A DNA stretch of 64,000 bases. Source: Bdellovibrionales bacterium. Its GTDB lineage: Bacteria > Bdellovibrionota > Bdellovibrionia > Bdellovibrionales > CAYMLA01. This document shows positions 10,359 through 21,211 of this stretch, one piece after another. The position numbers and the translations under genes are program-made. The stretch covers positions 1,312,001-1,376,000 of the forward strand of contig OZ244239.1 in NCBI GenBank assembly GCA_965217115.1, in the 5' to 3' direction. How positions within the stretch are numbered: position 1 is the first letter of the stretch; the number at the start of each line of letters is the position of its first letter. The notes under the pieces are model-generated. The model did not search any database, was not told the DNA's origin, and saw nothing but the letters and a program-made list of their open reading frames with translations.

Positions 10359-10985
10359 ATGACTAATGAGAAAGAAAAATCAGTATCAGAACTTCTTTTG
10401 CCTTCTCGGGAGTTTTTTCAGTGTAAAATTGAGGAGGCTATTGATATTCGCCAAATTAAAATGGACCAGGTTATAAAGTCTTATTTGGTGGACTTGCTTG
10501 AACACTACTTAGACATAAGAAATCTATATCAAGAAGAAGACGAAAAAGGGCGTAAAAAAGTAACAACACTTGCTGAAACATTCCTGTTGGCTTTAAATCA
10601 AGAGAGAAATATCAAAATCGGTCAATTGAAAAAGCTTGGAGACAGAGCCCTCTACATAAGTGGTTTTTTTGGAGATTCTCTGCGTCGAAAAATTATTGAT
10701 TTAGATTATTATGTGGACATGGGTGGAGCTGCGTATGGCGCACTCTCTAGAAGTGTTGAAGAGGAATCTTTTTCTGAGGTGTATCGAGAGTTTTCTGAAC
10801 GATTTGTAGACTTTATGGATGTCTTGGCCTATATAAGCCAAGAGACTCAGATTCAAGATAACAAAAGTTTGATTCATCTTTATGATCGCTATTTGAGAAC
10901 AGGATCTGAGTTAGCAAAGGATAAGTTGGTTGAACTGGGTTTGCTGAACTCCTCTGTAGAACAAAAGAAAATAAATCAACAATAG
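10359..10985 (+). CDS. Hypothetical protein upstream of tatBC
   Basis: 208-aa ORF in operon-like position, with LKKLGDRALYISGFF and DYYVDMGGAAY blocks; function not recognised. Confidence 0.75.
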   Translation: MTNEKEKSVSELLLPSREFFQCKIEEAIDIRQIKMDQVIKSYLVDLLEHYLDIRNLYQEEDEKGRKKVTTLAETFLLALNQERNIKIGQLKKLGDRALYISGFFGDSLRRKIIDLDYYVDMGGAAYGALSRSVEEESFSEVYREFSERFVDFMDVLAYISQETQIQDNKSLIHLYDRYLRTGSELAKDKLVELGLLNSSVEQKKINQQ

Positions 10986-11022
10986 GAAAAATCTAAAAAA
11001 ATAAAGCTGGAGTATTGGAGAG

Positions 11023-11268
11023 ATGTTTAATCTTGGGTTTTCAGAAATGATTCTTCTTGCGGCGGTAGCTTTGATTTTCATAGGGCCACAGCAATTACCA
11101 GGGATTGCCCGTGCTTTAGGGCGTCTAATTAATGAATTTAAACGAACAACAGCTGATATTGTTGGTGGAGTTAAAAATCCAGGACAAGATCTTGAAGAAT
11201 TAAGTGATAAATTACAAGAGTTAACAGAGATAAATTTAGACGTAGAAGAAAGTAAAAAAGATGAGTGA
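11023..11268 (+). CDS. tatB: Twin-arginine translocase TatA/TatB subunit
   Basis: MFNLGFSE..IFIGPQQLP motif; overlaps the tatC start. Confidence 0.85.
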   Translation: MFNLGFSEMILLAAVALIFIGPQQLPGIARALGRLINEFKRTTADIVGGVKNPGQDLEELSDKLQELTEINLDVEESKKDE

Positions 11269-12010
11269 AGCTGTTTCTGAGGAAAACCAGAAAGAGAGTG
11301 GGGAACAGTCTCTTGTTGAACATTTAACCGAATTACGGGTTCGATTAATTAGAGCACTGATTTGTGTTATTCTTGGTGCAGCAGGTTGCTGGGTATTCAG
11401 TGAGAGTCTTTTTGACTTTATTAGACATCCTATAACACCGTTTTTAGGAGAAAAAGGACTTGTTTTTACAGCTCCAATGGACAAATTCTTAGCTCACGTG
11501 AAGGTTTCCTTTTTGGGGGGGGTGATTATCGCATGCCCCTTTTGGCTTTATCAAGTTTGGAAGTTTATGGCACCGGGGCTTTATAGTAATGAAAAAAAAT
11601 ACACGACGGCCTTTCTTTTTTCAGGAACGACTCTATTCTTAATGGGAACAAACTTTGTCTACTGGGTTGTGTATCCAATGGCTTTTGAGTTTTTATTAAA
11701 TTTTGGGGGGCAGGTAGACAGCCCGATGATCACTATTTCGGAATACATATCTTTCTTTATAACAACAACAGTTTTATTTGGGGTGGCTTTTGAATTACCG
11801 TTGTTACTGACTGTTCTTGGCATTGCAGGAGTTGTTGATAAATCTTTTTTAGTTCGCCATCGTCGTTATGCAATTGTCATTTTATCGTTTATGAGTGCAA
11901 TGATAACGCCACCTGATATTGTGAGTATGCTGCTAATGATTGTCCCTCTGCTGTTGCTATATGAGGCAGGGGTTTTTATGGTGGGAATTGTCGGTAAAAA
12001 AATAGTTTAA
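11261..12010 (+). CDS. tatC: Twin-arginine translocase TatC
   Basis: EHLTELRVRL, APGLY, FELP and ITPPD motifs. Confidence 0.95.
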   Translation: MSEAVSEENQKESGEQSLVEHLTELRVRLIRALICVILGAAGCWVFSESLFDFIRHPITPFLGEKGLVFTAPMDKFLAHVKVSFLGGVIIACPFWLYQVWKFMAPGLYSNEKKYTTAFLFSGTTLFLMGTNFVYWVVYPMAFEFLLNFGGQVDSPMITISEYISFFITTTVLFGVAFELPLLLTVLGIAGVVDKSFLVRHRRYAIVILSFMSAMITPPDIVSMLLMIVPLLLLYEAGVFMVGIVGKKIV

Positions 12011-12015
12011 TTTGA

Positions 12016-12537
12016 TTATTCAAACTCAAGTAATAGAGAGTTTTTCTCGACAGCATCTCCGCCGGAGATATAAATTTTCTTTATTTTAGCATCAGAAGAA
12101 GAGCGAATCTCATTCTCCATTTTCATAGCTTCCATAACGATCAAAGGGTCTCCGGCTTTTACCTGTTGCCCCTCTTTAACAGAGACAGAAATGATTTTTC
12201 CAGGCATATCACTTTTAAGAGTTTTTTCTAAACTGAGACGCCCCTCTTTTTTAAGGCTTTCGTGAAGAAGCATTTCATCGTTAGACATCGTTATCGTTCG
12301 ATAAGATCCACGCGTGTAAACCTCGTATTTAGTATCTTTTTTGATAACATCAATTAAGTAGGATTTATTTTTAAAAAGTAGACTTATGGTTTTCTCTGCC
12401 GTTTGGTGGTTTTTTTTATTTAAATTGTAGAAGACCCGCTCTTGACCTTCTTCTTGAAGAGAAATTTCCCAATGGGAAGAAGTTTCAGTGACATCGATCT
12501 TATATTTTTTGCCCTTTGTTTTAGCTTCAAAATACAT
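12016..12537 (-). CDS. Biotin carboxyl carrier subunit of acyl-CoA carboxylase
   Basis: EAMKMEN biotinylation motif. Confidence 0.92.
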   Translation of the reverse strand: MYFEAKTKGKKYKIDVTETSSHWEISLQEEGQERVFYNLNKKNHQTAEKTISLLFKNKSYLIDVIKKDTKYEVYTRGSYRTITMSNDEMLLHESLKKEGRLSLEKTLKSDMPGKIISVSVKEGQQVKAGDPLIVMEAMKMENEIRSSSDAKIKKIYISGGDAVEKNSLLLEFE

Positions 12538-12538
12538 A

Positions 12539-14035
12539 TTACGACCTCATGGAAAGTTTACGGCTTTGGGTTTTCCAATGATTTAGAGATGGTTTCATCT
12601 TTGTGCTCTCCCCTTTTCTTTCATTAAAGGCAAAAATGGCTGCAGCGACAAGAAAAACATGGTCGTCGACAAAGCGAAATAATTCTGGTTCACTGATATT
12701 CAAGTCGTTTTCAATAAAATTCGTTGTATAACGGCCACTTAAAAATTTGGAATGTGAAAGAATAGATTTGTGTAGAACGATATTTGTTTTGACTCCCGTG
12801 ATAATAAATTCAGTCAAAGCTCGTTGTAGTTTTTGAATAGCATCGTCACGACTTTTACCCCATGTAATAACTTTGGCAATCATTGGATCATAGTAGAGAG
12901 GGACCTCATAGCCAGGGTAGACGTGGGAATCAAGGCGAACAAAAGGCCCTTGTGGTAGACGACAGATGCGAACTTTACCTGGGGAGGGAGTGTAATTAAC
13001 AGGGTCTTCAGCGCAGATGCGGGCCTCAATAGCGTGTCCAGTAATTTTAATATTTTCTTGCTTAAAGCTCAAAGGTTTTCCCTGGGCGACGTTAATCTGC
13101 TCTTGAACCAAATCTTTTCCTGTGACCATTTCTGTTACAGGGTGTTCAACCTGTAGGCGAGTGTTCATCTCCATAAAATAAAAATCATTGGTATTTGCGT
13201 CGTAGATAAATTCAAAAGTTCCTGCACCAATATAGTTAATAGATTTTGCTGCTTTGACAGAAAGAGCCCCCATTTTTTCACGAACATCACTTGGGACAGA
13301 GGGACTCGGAGCTTCTTCAATGATTTTTTGATGCCGTCTTTGCATGGAACACTCGCGATCATAAAGATGAACGACGTTGCCATGGTTGTCCCCAAAAATT
13401 TGAATTTCGATATGTTTAGGGCTAGAGATATATTTTTCTATGTAGACAGCGTCGTTGGCGAAATAATTTTTCCCCTCTGATTTACATGTGTTAAATGCGC
13501 TTTCAAGGTCTTTCTCATCGGTGACAACCCTCATGCCTTTGCCGCCTCCTCCAGCAGAGGCCTTGAGAATAATAGGAAGGCCTATTTTTTTGAGAAAACG
13601 TCGAGCGTCGTTGATATTTTCTAAGACTCCAGGGCTTCCAGGAACAACGGGAACTCCAGCGTGTTGCATAAGGTCTTTGGCAGAGAGTTTGTCGCCCATC
13701 AGCTCAATATTTTTAGAAGTGGGACCAATAAAGGAAATACCTATTTTTTCGAGTTTGAGAGCGAATTCAGTATTTTCACTTAAAAAACCATATCCGGGAT
13801 GGATAGCGTCGACATTTGCTTTTTGTGCGATTTCAATGATTTTATCAATTTTCAGATAAGATTCGTTAGGGGAAGCAGGGCCGATAAAGTAAGCTTCTTC
13901 GGCAAGGAGAACGTGAAGGCTATTGCGGTCTGCTTCACTGAAGACAGCGACAGAGACAATCCCCATCTCTCGACAGGTGCGGATGACGCGAATAGCAATT
14001 TCTCCTCGATTGGCAATTAGAATTTTTTTAAACAT
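12539..14035 (-). CDS. Biotin carboxylase subunit (acetyl/propionyl-CoA carboxylase alpha)
   Basis: ANRGEIA, HPGYGFLSEN, GGGGKGMR and EMNTRLQVEH motifs. Confidence 0.95.
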   Translation of the reverse strand: MFKKILIANRGEIAIRVIRTCREMGIVSVAVFSEADRNSLHVLLAEEAYFIGPASPNESYLKIDKIIEIAQKANVDAIHPGYGFLSENTEFALKLEKIGISFIGPTSKNIELMGDKLSAKDLMQHAGVPVVPGSPGVLENINDARRFLKKIGLPIILKASAGGGGKGMRVVTDEKDLESAFNTCKSEGKNYFANDAVYIEKYISSPKHIEIQIFGDNHGNVVHLYDRECSMQRRHQKIIEEAPSPSVPSDVREKMGALSVKAAKSINYIGAGTFEFIYDANTNDFYFMEMNTRLQVEHPVTEMVTGKDLVQEQINVAQGKPLSFKQENIKITGHAIEARICAEDPVNYTPSPGKVRICRLPQGPFVRLDSHVYPGYEVPLYYDPMIAKVITWGKSRDDAIQKLQRALTEFIITGVKTNIVLHKSILSHSKFLSGRYTTNFIENDLNISEPELFRFVDDHVFLVAAAIFAFNERKGESTKMKPSLNHWKTQSRKLSMRS

Positions 14036-14049
14036 AGGTATTTTCCATT

Positions 14050-15618
14050 CTAAAGAGGGATGTTCCCATGTTTTTTTGCTGGCATTGATCCTCTTTTGTT
14101 TTTAAGCATATCTAAGGATTCAATAAGACGTTTGCGTGTGACGGCAGGTTCAATGACTTCATCAAAGTATCCTAATTCAGCAGAGACGTATGGGTTATTG
14201 AATTTTTTTTCGTAATCTTCAGTTAGCTCTTTTCTTTTGTTTTCTGAATTGTCTGCATCTTGAATAGCCTGACGTTGAATGATATTAACGGCACCCTCAG
14301 CTCCCATAACAGCAATCTCTCCAGTGGGATAGGATAGGTTGATGTCAGCATCGAGGTGTTTGGAGGCCATTACAATGTAGGCTCCGCCGTAGGCTTTTCT
14401 GGTGATTAAGGTGATCTTAGGAACAGTGGCCTCGGCATAGGCGTAAAGCAATTTAGCTCCGTGAGTGATAAGGCCATTATGTTCTTGATCCATTCCGGGG
14501 AGAAATCCGGGGACATCAACAAAACTAATAATCGGGATATTAAAAGCATCACAGAAACGAATAAAACGAGAGGCTTTGCGACTGGCTTCAATATTTAAAC
14601 AGCCTGCTAAATGCATGGGTTGATTGGCAACAATACCAACACTATGGCCGTTTAATCGTGAGAGGCCTATAATAATATTTTGTGCAAAGTCTTTTTGAAC
14701 CTCTAAAAAATAGCCTTCATCGACGACAAGAGAAATTATTTTTTTCATATCATAGGGCTTTTTAGAATTATCTGGAATAAAATCGTTGAGAGATTCAATC
14801 ATACGACAAGGAGAGTCTTTTGTTGGTAAAATAGGAGAATCATCCATATTGTTGCTTGGCAAAAAACCCATGAGTTCACGAATCATTAAGAGGCATGTTT
14901 TGTCATCTTTAGAAGAAAAATGGGCAACTCCTGATTTTTCAGTGTGGGTGACAGCTCCACCAAGTTTTTCTTTGGTGATGTCTTCATGGGTGACGGACTT
15001 AATAACATCGGGACCAGTGACAAACATATAGCTTGTGTTTTCAACCATAAAAACAAAATCTGTAATACTTGGGCTGTAGACAGCTCCACCAGCACAAGGC
15101 CCCATGATAGCGCTGATCTGTGGAATAACCCCTGAGAATTTTACATTGCGAGTAAAAATATCTCCATAGCCAGCAAGAGCTTCAACACCCTCTTGGATGC
15201 GGGCACCTCCCGCATCATTGAGGCCAATCATAGGGGCGCCATTTTGAATGGCTAAGTCCATGACCTTTATTATTTTATTAGCTGCTGTGCGCGACATGCT
15301 TCCGCCGAAAACGGTGAAATCTTGACTGTAAATATAAACGAGTTTTCCATTGATGTGGCCATAGCCAGTGATAACTCCGTCACCAGGAATTATTTTTTTT
15401 TCCATTCCAAAATTTACACAGCGTTGCGAGACAAAACGATCGAGTTCAACAAAACTACTTGGGTCTAGGAGAACATCTAATCGTTCTCGGGCGGTTAAAC
15501 GTCCCCCGCTTTTGTGTTTAGCAATACGAGCTTCTCCGCCACCGAGCATGGCGTCTTCATTGCGTTTTTTAAGTTCATCGAGACGATCTTTGGTGGTGTT
15601 TAAGGGAGTGTCTTGCAT
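14050..15618 (-). CDS. pccB: Acyl-CoA carboxylase carboxyltransferase beta subunit (propionyl-CoA carboxylase beta-like)
   Basis: GGARIQEG, GPCAGGAVY, DVPGFLPG and C-terminal KKHGNIPL motifs. Confidence 0.92.
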   Translation of the reverse strand: MQDTPLNTTKDRLDELKKRNEDAMLGGGEARIAKHKSGGRLTARERLDVLLDPSSFVELDRFVSQRCVNFGMEKKIIPGDGVITGYGHINGKLVYIYSQDFTVFGGSMSRTAANKIIKVMDLAIQNGAPMIGLNDAGGARIQEGVEALAGYGDIFTRNVKFSGVIPQISAIMGPCAGGAVYSPSITDFVFMVENTSYMFVTGPDVIKSVTHEDITKEKLGGAVTHTEKSGVAHFSSKDDKTCLLMIRELMGFLPSNNMDDSPILPTKDSPCRMIESLNDFIPDNSKKPYDMKKIISLVVDEGYFLEVQKDFAQNIIIGLSRLNGHSVGIVANQPMHLAGCLNIEASRKASRFIRFCDAFNIPIISFVDVPGFLPGMDQEHNGLITHGAKLLYAYAEATVPKITLITRKAYGGAYIVMASKHLDADINLSYPTGEIAVMGAEGAVNIIQRQAIQDADNSENKRKELTEDYEKKFNNPYVSAELGYFDEVIEPAVTRKRLIESLDMLKNKRGSMPAKKHGNIPL

Positions 15619-15723
15619 AATAGTTTTGTCTCCTAAGATCCTATGGGGCCGCTTGGTAACAGCTCCTCCCAGTTAAGGTTTCTTCTAGCATATGGAAAGA
15701 AAGAGGATCATGGAAAAACTCTA

Positions 15724-16968
15724 TTAACGCAAGGCGGCGTCAAGGCTCTGTAGAGCTCTCTCAATATTGAGTCTTCCGTTAGAGACAACAGGCGATGGGG
15801 TGAGGCCAATGTCGACAGAATCTAAAAGAGCCTGCTTGATTTGTCGACTTGTGGCAGAGGGGAAGCGACTCCACAGAAGGGCTGCTGAGCCAGAGACAAT
15901 GGGTGCGGCCATGCTCGTTCCGCTCATGAGAGAAGCTCCTCCACCTGGAAGAGTGCTGTAGATATTGCTACCTGGGGCGACGAGATGTGTTTTATTAAAA
16001 CTGTAATTGGAATAGTTGGCCATGAAGTCTTCTTCGTTGGAAGCGCCAACTGTTATTTGTGAGGAAATTTCGAAAGCTGCGGGAAAAGTTGGATGATCGT
16101 CAAGATTAGCGCCGTCGTTCCCAGAGGCAGTGATAAAGAGAACATCTTTTTTTCCTAGCTGCTCTATGGACTCCTTTAAGGCGGAAGAGCAATCAGGTCC
16201 GCCCCAACTTGCGTTGATAATTTTGGCTCCTTGGGAGACAGCGTATTGAATGGCTTCGATGGCATCGCTTAAGCGTCCAGAACCGTCTGGGCCCATAAAA
16301 TTAAGGGGAAGGAGTTTTGCATTAGGAGCAATGCCTTTTGCTGCTCCTTGATTGTGACTGGCAAGAGCGATTCCTGAGACATGGGTTCCGTGTCCATCGC
16401 TGTCACGGACTCTTCCTGTTCGATTGAAAAAGTCGTAACCTTGAAAGTCATCAATCAAACCATTGCCGTCGTCATCTCTGTTATTAAAGGGCGTTTCTCT
16501 TCTGTTGGTGTGAAGACTGTCTCTTATCTGCGGGTGGTTGGTATCAACGCCGGTATCGATAATGGCAATAATAATACCGTCGCCCTTTATATTGTTGTTC
16601 CATGCATATGCGGCTTTAATTAAATTTAAATGATAGGATTTAGAAGAAAGAGATAAACCGTCAGTTGTTTTTATGAAATCATTAATTTTTACGGTGTAAT
16701 CGTATTCAGCTAGTTCAATTTTATCTAAATTAGGTTCAACAAAATTTTTAAAAAATGTTTTTTTATCTTGAGCCTTAACAGTAGAGATATGTCCATCTGT
16801 CCATTTAACGATAAAGCGATTTTTGATGGCCTTATTAAGGCAAGACTGGGGGCCATGTTTATTCGTAGGAGGAATAAACACAGTGTGAGCACTTTTATTA
16901 AAACCACAGGAAGAAAGCACCGAAACAGATAAAATAATAATGGTAAAATGTAAGACATCCATGTCCAC
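15724..16968 (-). CDS. S8 subtilisin-like serine protease, probable lipoprotein
   Basis: Catalytic triad motifs IDTG, HGTH and GTSMA; lipobox LSSC. Confidence 0.93.
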   Translation of the reverse strand: MDMDVLHFTIIILSVSVLSSCGFNKSAHTVFIPPTNKHGPQSCLNKAIKNRFIVKWTDGHISTVKAQDKKTFFKNFVEPNLDKIELAEYDYTVKINDFIKTTDGLSLSSKSYHLNLIKAAYAWNNNIKGDGIIIAIIDTGVDTNHPQIRDSLHTNRRETPFNNRDDDGNGLIDDFQGYDFFNRTGRVRDSDGHGTHVSGIALASHNQGAAKGIAPNAKLLPLNFMGPDGSGRLSDAIEAIQYAVSQGAKIINASWGGPDCSSALKESIEQLGKKDVLFITASGNDGANLDDHPTFPAAFEISSQITVGASNEEDFMANYSNYSFNKTHLVAPGSNIYSTLPGGGASLMSGTSMAAPIVSGSAALLWSRFPSATSRQIKQALLDSVDIGLTPSPVVSNGRLNIERALQSLDAALR

Positions 16969-17083
16969 TCCTAAAGGCTTCGTGCCTTTTAAGGTATGAC
17001 CTGTTGAGTGGAGAATAAGGTTAATTTTTTTGTAACTATTTAGAGGGTATGTTTTTAAAGATTAAGGAGAGAAGCTGTTGTGA

Positions 17084-17908
17084 TTAAATTTTTGCAATAA
17101 ATTGAGCAAGGACAGTTGCAAAGTGATTTTCAACTTGTTTGGCAGTGTCAGTGACATCTTCGTGGTTTAATTTTTCTTTAGAAATTCCTGCGGCCATATT
17201 TGTGATACAGCTGATGCCGCAAACACGAAGCCCGAGGAAGTTAGCTGCAATAGTTTCAGGCACAGTGCTCATGCCGACGGCTCCAGCTCCTATAAGACGG
17301 AAAAAATTAATTTCAGCAGGAGTTTCATAGCTAGGACCACTCACGCCGCAGTAAATTCCTTTGTGGCAGGGGATTTGATTTTCTTCCATCGTTTTTATGA
17401 GAAGAGAAGTCAGTTTTTTATCGTAGGCTTCTGTCATATCGAAAAATCGAGGACCGAGATCTTTTAGATGGGGGCCTATTAAAGGATTTGTTCCAGTGAG
17501 GTTTATGTGGTCTTCGATGGCCATAAAATGGCCCGGCTGCATTTTATCAAGAAGTCCCCCAGAAGAGTTGGTAAGGATAAGTTCTTTCACACCGAGCATT
17601 GCCAAGGTAAAGACGGGGTAAGTGACCGTCGACATAGAGTGTCCTTCGTAATAATGAATCCGACCTTGAAGGACTATAACAGGGGTGTTTTTTATCGAGC
17701 CAAAAACAAAATTTCCGCCGTGTCCTTCGATTGTTGGTGGAACAAAATGGGGGATATCTTGAAAAGGAAGGGTAAAGTCAATATCCATAGATTGAACAAA
17801 AGATCCGAGACCAGAGCCAAGAACAACACCTGTTTTTGGGAAGTTTTTTTTAGAAGAGTGTTCTTTAATGTAATCAATGGTTTCCTTAAGTTTTTGCGTG
17901 ACCGTCAT
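17084..17908 (-). CDS. punA: Purine-nucleoside phosphorylase (trimeric PNP type)
   Basis: LGSGLG, GRIHYYEG, GPSYETPAE and GMSTVPE motifs. Confidence 0.93.
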   Translation of the reverse strand: MTVTQKLKETIDYIKEHSSKKNFPKTGVVLGSGLGSFVQSMDIDFTLPFQDIPHFVPPTIEGHGGNFVFGSIKNTPVIVLQGRIHYYEGHSMSTVTYPVFTLAMLGVKELILTNSSGGLLDKMQPGHFMAIEDHINLTGTNPLIGPHLKDLGPRFFDMTEAYDKKLTSLLIKTMEENQIPCHKGIYCGVSGPSYETPAEINFFRLIGAGAVGMSTVPETIAANFLGLRVCGISCITNMAAGISKEKLNHEDVTDTAKQVENHFATVLAQFIAKI

Positions 17909-17942
17909 TTTAGATATCCTTTATTTATTGTTTCTACGAGTC

Positions 17943-19280
17943 TTAGGGCCTTTTTTTGACAACTCGTTTATAAATGAGTGACATTGGAGTGGTTTTTTTC
18001 TGACTCCATACAACACTGTTATAGAGGAGGTCAGTTGTTTTATCAAATAGAGAGGGGTTATCTCCATAAATAGTGAATAACGGGGAACCTTTTTTGACAA
18101 AATCTCCTATTTTTTTGTGGAGTTCGATCCCTGAGCCATGATCGAGGGAATCAGAGGAGTTTATGCGACCAGCTTTTAGTTGTATGCCAGCAACGCCTAT
18201 TTGTTCACATTCGTAGCGTTGAATGTATCCATCTTGTGGAGCAGAGAGAACGTGTTTGTTTTTGCTAGCTGTGATGTGAGAAGGCCCATCGTCTTTTAAA
18301 ACAGCACCTTGTTGCTCAAGAACTTGTATAAATTTTTTATAGGCTTGGCCCGATTGAAGAATATTCGTGGCAGTATCGATGCCTTCTTCGAGGGATGAGA
18401 GTTTTTTTCCAATAAAAATCATGGCTCCAGCTAATTGCAAGCTGAGCTGTCGAGTGTCATCATAAAGATCATTTCCATCAACAATATGTTTCTGACCCTT
18501 AAGAATGTCTATGCATTCAATGATTTCTAAACCATTTCCAATAAAACGTCCAAGAGGTTGGTTCATATCAGAAATAAAATAGGCCATCTGTAATCCATGG
18601 GATTGACCGATGGATAAAAGGGCCGAGGCTAATTCTTCAGCTTGTTCCTGAGTTTTCATAAAAGCTCCTGTGCCAACTTTTATATCTAGAACAAGTCCAT
18701 TTATTCCTTCGGAAATTTTTTTAGAAAGAATACTCCCACAAATAAGAGGTAGAGAATCAACGGTGCCTGTGACGTCGCGAAGGGCATAGATTTTTTTATC
18801 TGCAGGGCAAATTTCTTTAGTTTGTCCCATGATAGAGAACTGAATTTCATTTACTTGTTTCGTAAATTGTTCAATGCTGAGGTTTAGATTAAAACCTTCA
18901 ATGCTTTCTAGTTTATCTAAGGTTCCCCCTGTGTGACCTAGACCTCGTCCAGCAATCATGGGGACAGGGACTCCTGCAGCTGCAGCGATTGGACCTAAGA
19001 TGAGGGAGGCTTTGTCGCCAACGCCGCCCGTACTGTGTTTGTCTACAGGAAAAACATCCTGTGCAAATTTAACACGACTGCCTGAATTTATCATTGCCTG
19101 AGTGAGTAGGGAAGTTTCGTTCTCTTTCATACCTTGAAAATAAACAGCCATTAGCCATGCAGACATTTGATAATCAGGGAGATCACCATTGGAGTAGGAG
19201 TTGATTAAAAAATCAATTTCTTCTTTTGAATGCTGAGCTCCAAGTTTTTTTTTCTTTATAAGCTCTGCGGGGATAAACAT
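17943..19280 (-). CDS. pdp: Pyrimidine-nucleoside/thymidine phosphorylase
   Basis: DKHSTGGVGDK and GRGLGHTGGTLDKLE motifs. Likely start is MFIPAELI at 19280, just after the deoC stop. Confidence 0.93.
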   Translation of the reverse strand: MFIPAELIKKKKLGAQHSKEEIDFLINSYSNGDLPDYQMSAWLMAVYFQGMKENETSLLTQAMINSGSRVKFAQDVFPVDKHSTGGVGDKASLILGPIAAAAGVPVPMIAGRGLGHTGGTLDKLESIEGFNLNLSIEQFTKQVNEIQFSIMGQTKEICPADKKIYALRDVTGTVDSLPLICGSILSKKISEGINGLVLDIKVGTGAFMKTQEQAEELASALLSIGQSHGLQMAYFISDMNQPLGRFIGNGLEIIECIDILKGQKHIVDGNDLYDDTRQLSLQLAGAMIFIGKKLSSLEEGIDTATNILQSGQAYKKFIQVLEQQGAVLKDDGPSHITASKNKHVLSAPQDGYIQRYECEQIGVAGIQLKAGRINSSDSLDHGSGIELHKKIGDFVKKGSPLFTIYGDNPSLFDKTTDLLYNSVVWSQKKTTPMSLIYKRVVKKRP

Positions 19281-19281
19281 T

Positions 19282-19965
19282 TTAAGTCCTTTTCGTATCC
19301 ATATGAGTAACGATAGTAACACCAGAACTTGTACCGAGACGATTGGCTCCGGCGGCAATCATATCTAAGGCATCTTGGTAGGTTTTAATTCCACCGCTGG
19401 CCTTCACGCCAATATGGGGAAGAATCGTTTTTCTTATAAGTTTAATATCAGAAATCGAGGCTCCAGAGGAGGAGAATCCAGTGGAGGTTTTTATAAAAGA
19501 GGCCCCAGCATCTTGACTGAGCTGGCAGGCAAGGGTTTTTTCTTGATCAGACAAAAGAGAAGTTTCGAGAATGACTTTTACAGGGATATCTCCTGCAGCA
19601 CGGAGTGTTTTTTTTAGATCATTTTCCACATAGTGAAGATTCCTTTCCTTGAGATGACCTATGGGTAAAACCATATCAATTTCTTGGGCCCCATTTTCAA
19701 TGGCATTTTGAGTTTCAAAGACTTTTGTTTCAGTGCACTGGTAACCAAGTGGAAATCCAATAACAGTTATAGATTTAACAGGTGAATTTTGTAGTTCTTT
19801 AAAACAAAGAGCTACAAAGGAAGGGGGGATACAAACGCTGGCAAACTTGTGGATGAGAGCTTCTTGACAGAGCAGCAGGAATTGTTTTTCTGTGGCCTCT
19901 GGTTTTAGAAGAGTGTGATCTATGTAGGGAGCGATGTCTCTAGGGGTATTTATTTTAATATTCAA
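19282..19965 (-). CDS. deoC: Deoxyribose-phosphate aldolase
   Basis: IDHTLL, EIDMV, KTSTGF, KASGGI and RLGTS motifs. Confidence 0.95.
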   Translation of the reverse strand: MNIKINTPRDIAPYIDHTLLKPEATEKQFLLLCQEALIHKFASVCIPPSFVALCFKELQNSPVKSITVIGFPLGYQCTETKVFETQNAIENGAQEIDMVLPIGHLKERNLHYVENDLKKTLRAAGDIPVKVILETSLLSDQEKTLACQLSQDAGASFIKTSTGFSSSGASISDIKLIRKTILPHIGVKASGGIKTYQDALDMIAAGANRLGTSSGVTIVTHMDTKRT

Positions 19966-20015
19966 TGAAGAATCCTTTTTGAAGTGCCATGGAGGTCTTG
20001 CAAAATAGAGAGATT

Positions 20016-21053
20016 CTAGTCGGGGTCTTTTCCAAGAAAAAGATTTCCGTCTCTTTTTGTGATAAGTCCTCTGCGTATAAGATCTGAAATATATCTATCA
20101 AAATCAATCATACCACTAGCTTGACCTGTTTGTAGAGCTGATGGAATTTGATGGGTCTTTTTTTCGCGAATCATGTTTGCAATGGCTTTTGTGTTCCTCA
20201 TCACTTCATAGGCCGCGACGCGTCCATTTCCATCGACCCTTCGGAAGAGGGTTTGTGCGATAACTCCTCTGAGGCTCTCTGCTAACATAATTCGAATCTG
20301 TTGTTGTTGCCCTTCTGGATAGGCATCAATAATACGATCGATTGTTTTTACAGCACTATTAGTGTGTAGCGTTCCAAAGACAAGGTGACCTGTTTCTGCT
20401 GCTGTGAGAGCCAGGGAAATTGTTTCTAGATCTCTCATCTCTCCGACGAGAATAATATCTGGATCTTCTCGAAGTGCGGCTCGAAGTGCGTTAGAGAAGC
20501 TTTTTGTGTGGCTACTGACTTCCCGTTGATTAATAAGGGACATATGATTGGGGTGTACAAATTCGATAGGGTCTTCAACAGTGATAATATGATCAGAGCG
20601 CGTGACGTTTATGTGATGAATTAGGGCGGCTAGGGTGGTTGATTTTCCTGAACCAGTGGGGCCTGTGACAAGAACGAGTCCCCGTGGAACATCAATAAGA
20701 TTAAGAATACTTGGAGAGAGACCAAGCTCTTTTGGTGTTTTTATTTTTTCTGGAATGGCCCTAAAAACGGCACCAAGACCTTTTCTTTGCATAAAGACAT
20801 TGCAGCGAAAGCGACCTATATCTGGTGTTGCGTAGGCCATATCCAGTTCCCATGTTTCGAGAAATAATTGTTTTTGTTTATCAGGAATTATTTCAAAAAT
20901 AAGAGTTTGGCATTCTTTATTGGAAAGCTCTTTGTAGTTGAGGGGGGTCATTTTGCCGTGAATTCGAAGAACAGGGGCGGATCCACTGGTTAGATGCAAA
21001 TCAGAAGCATCTTGCTTTATCATGATTTTTAGTAATGTATCAATTTTTGCCAT
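20016..21053 (-). CDS. pilT: Type IV pilus retraction ATPase PilT
   Basis: SDLHL, GPTGSGKSTT, ALREDPDIILVGEMRD and TLHT motifs. Confidence 0.93.
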   Translation of the reverse strand: MAKIDTLLKIMIKQDASDLHLTSGSAPVLRIHGKMTPLNYKELSNKECQTLIFEIIPDKQKQLFLETWELDMAYATPDIGRFRCNVFMQRKGLGAVFRAIPEKIKTPKELGLSPSILNLIDVPRGLVLVTGPTGSGKSTTLAALIHHINVTRSDHIITVEDPIEFVHPNHMSLINQREVSSHTKSFSNALRAALREDPDIILVGEMRDLETISLALTAAETGHLVFGTLHTNSAVKTIDRIIDAYPEGQQQQIRIMLAESLRGVIAQTLFRRVDGNGRVAAYEVMRNTKAIANMIREKKTHQIPSALQTGQASGMIDFDRYISDLIRRGLITKRDGNLFLGKDPD

Positions 21054-21211
21054 AAAATCTCGAAGTTGTTTTTTATAGAGTTTAGCTCTTTATTGGAGAA
21101 AAATTATCTAAAATTGGATACAGAGGTGTTATAGGGGAACTTTCTAGACGTACGTCAGTTATATTGGTAAGGAATGCCAGTATGTTTAAGAAGATTTAAG
21201 GGAGAGAGAAG

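Noticed and set aside
19281..19358. Extended pdp N-terminus (likewise grpE, cdsA and galU ORF-track starts)
   Set aside because: These overlap upstream genes or precede the conserved N-terminus; downstream ATGs fit better.
17084..19965. deoC-pdp-PNP cluster as a novel system
   Set aside because: An ordinary nucleoside salvage operon; the local absence of deoB is unremarkable.
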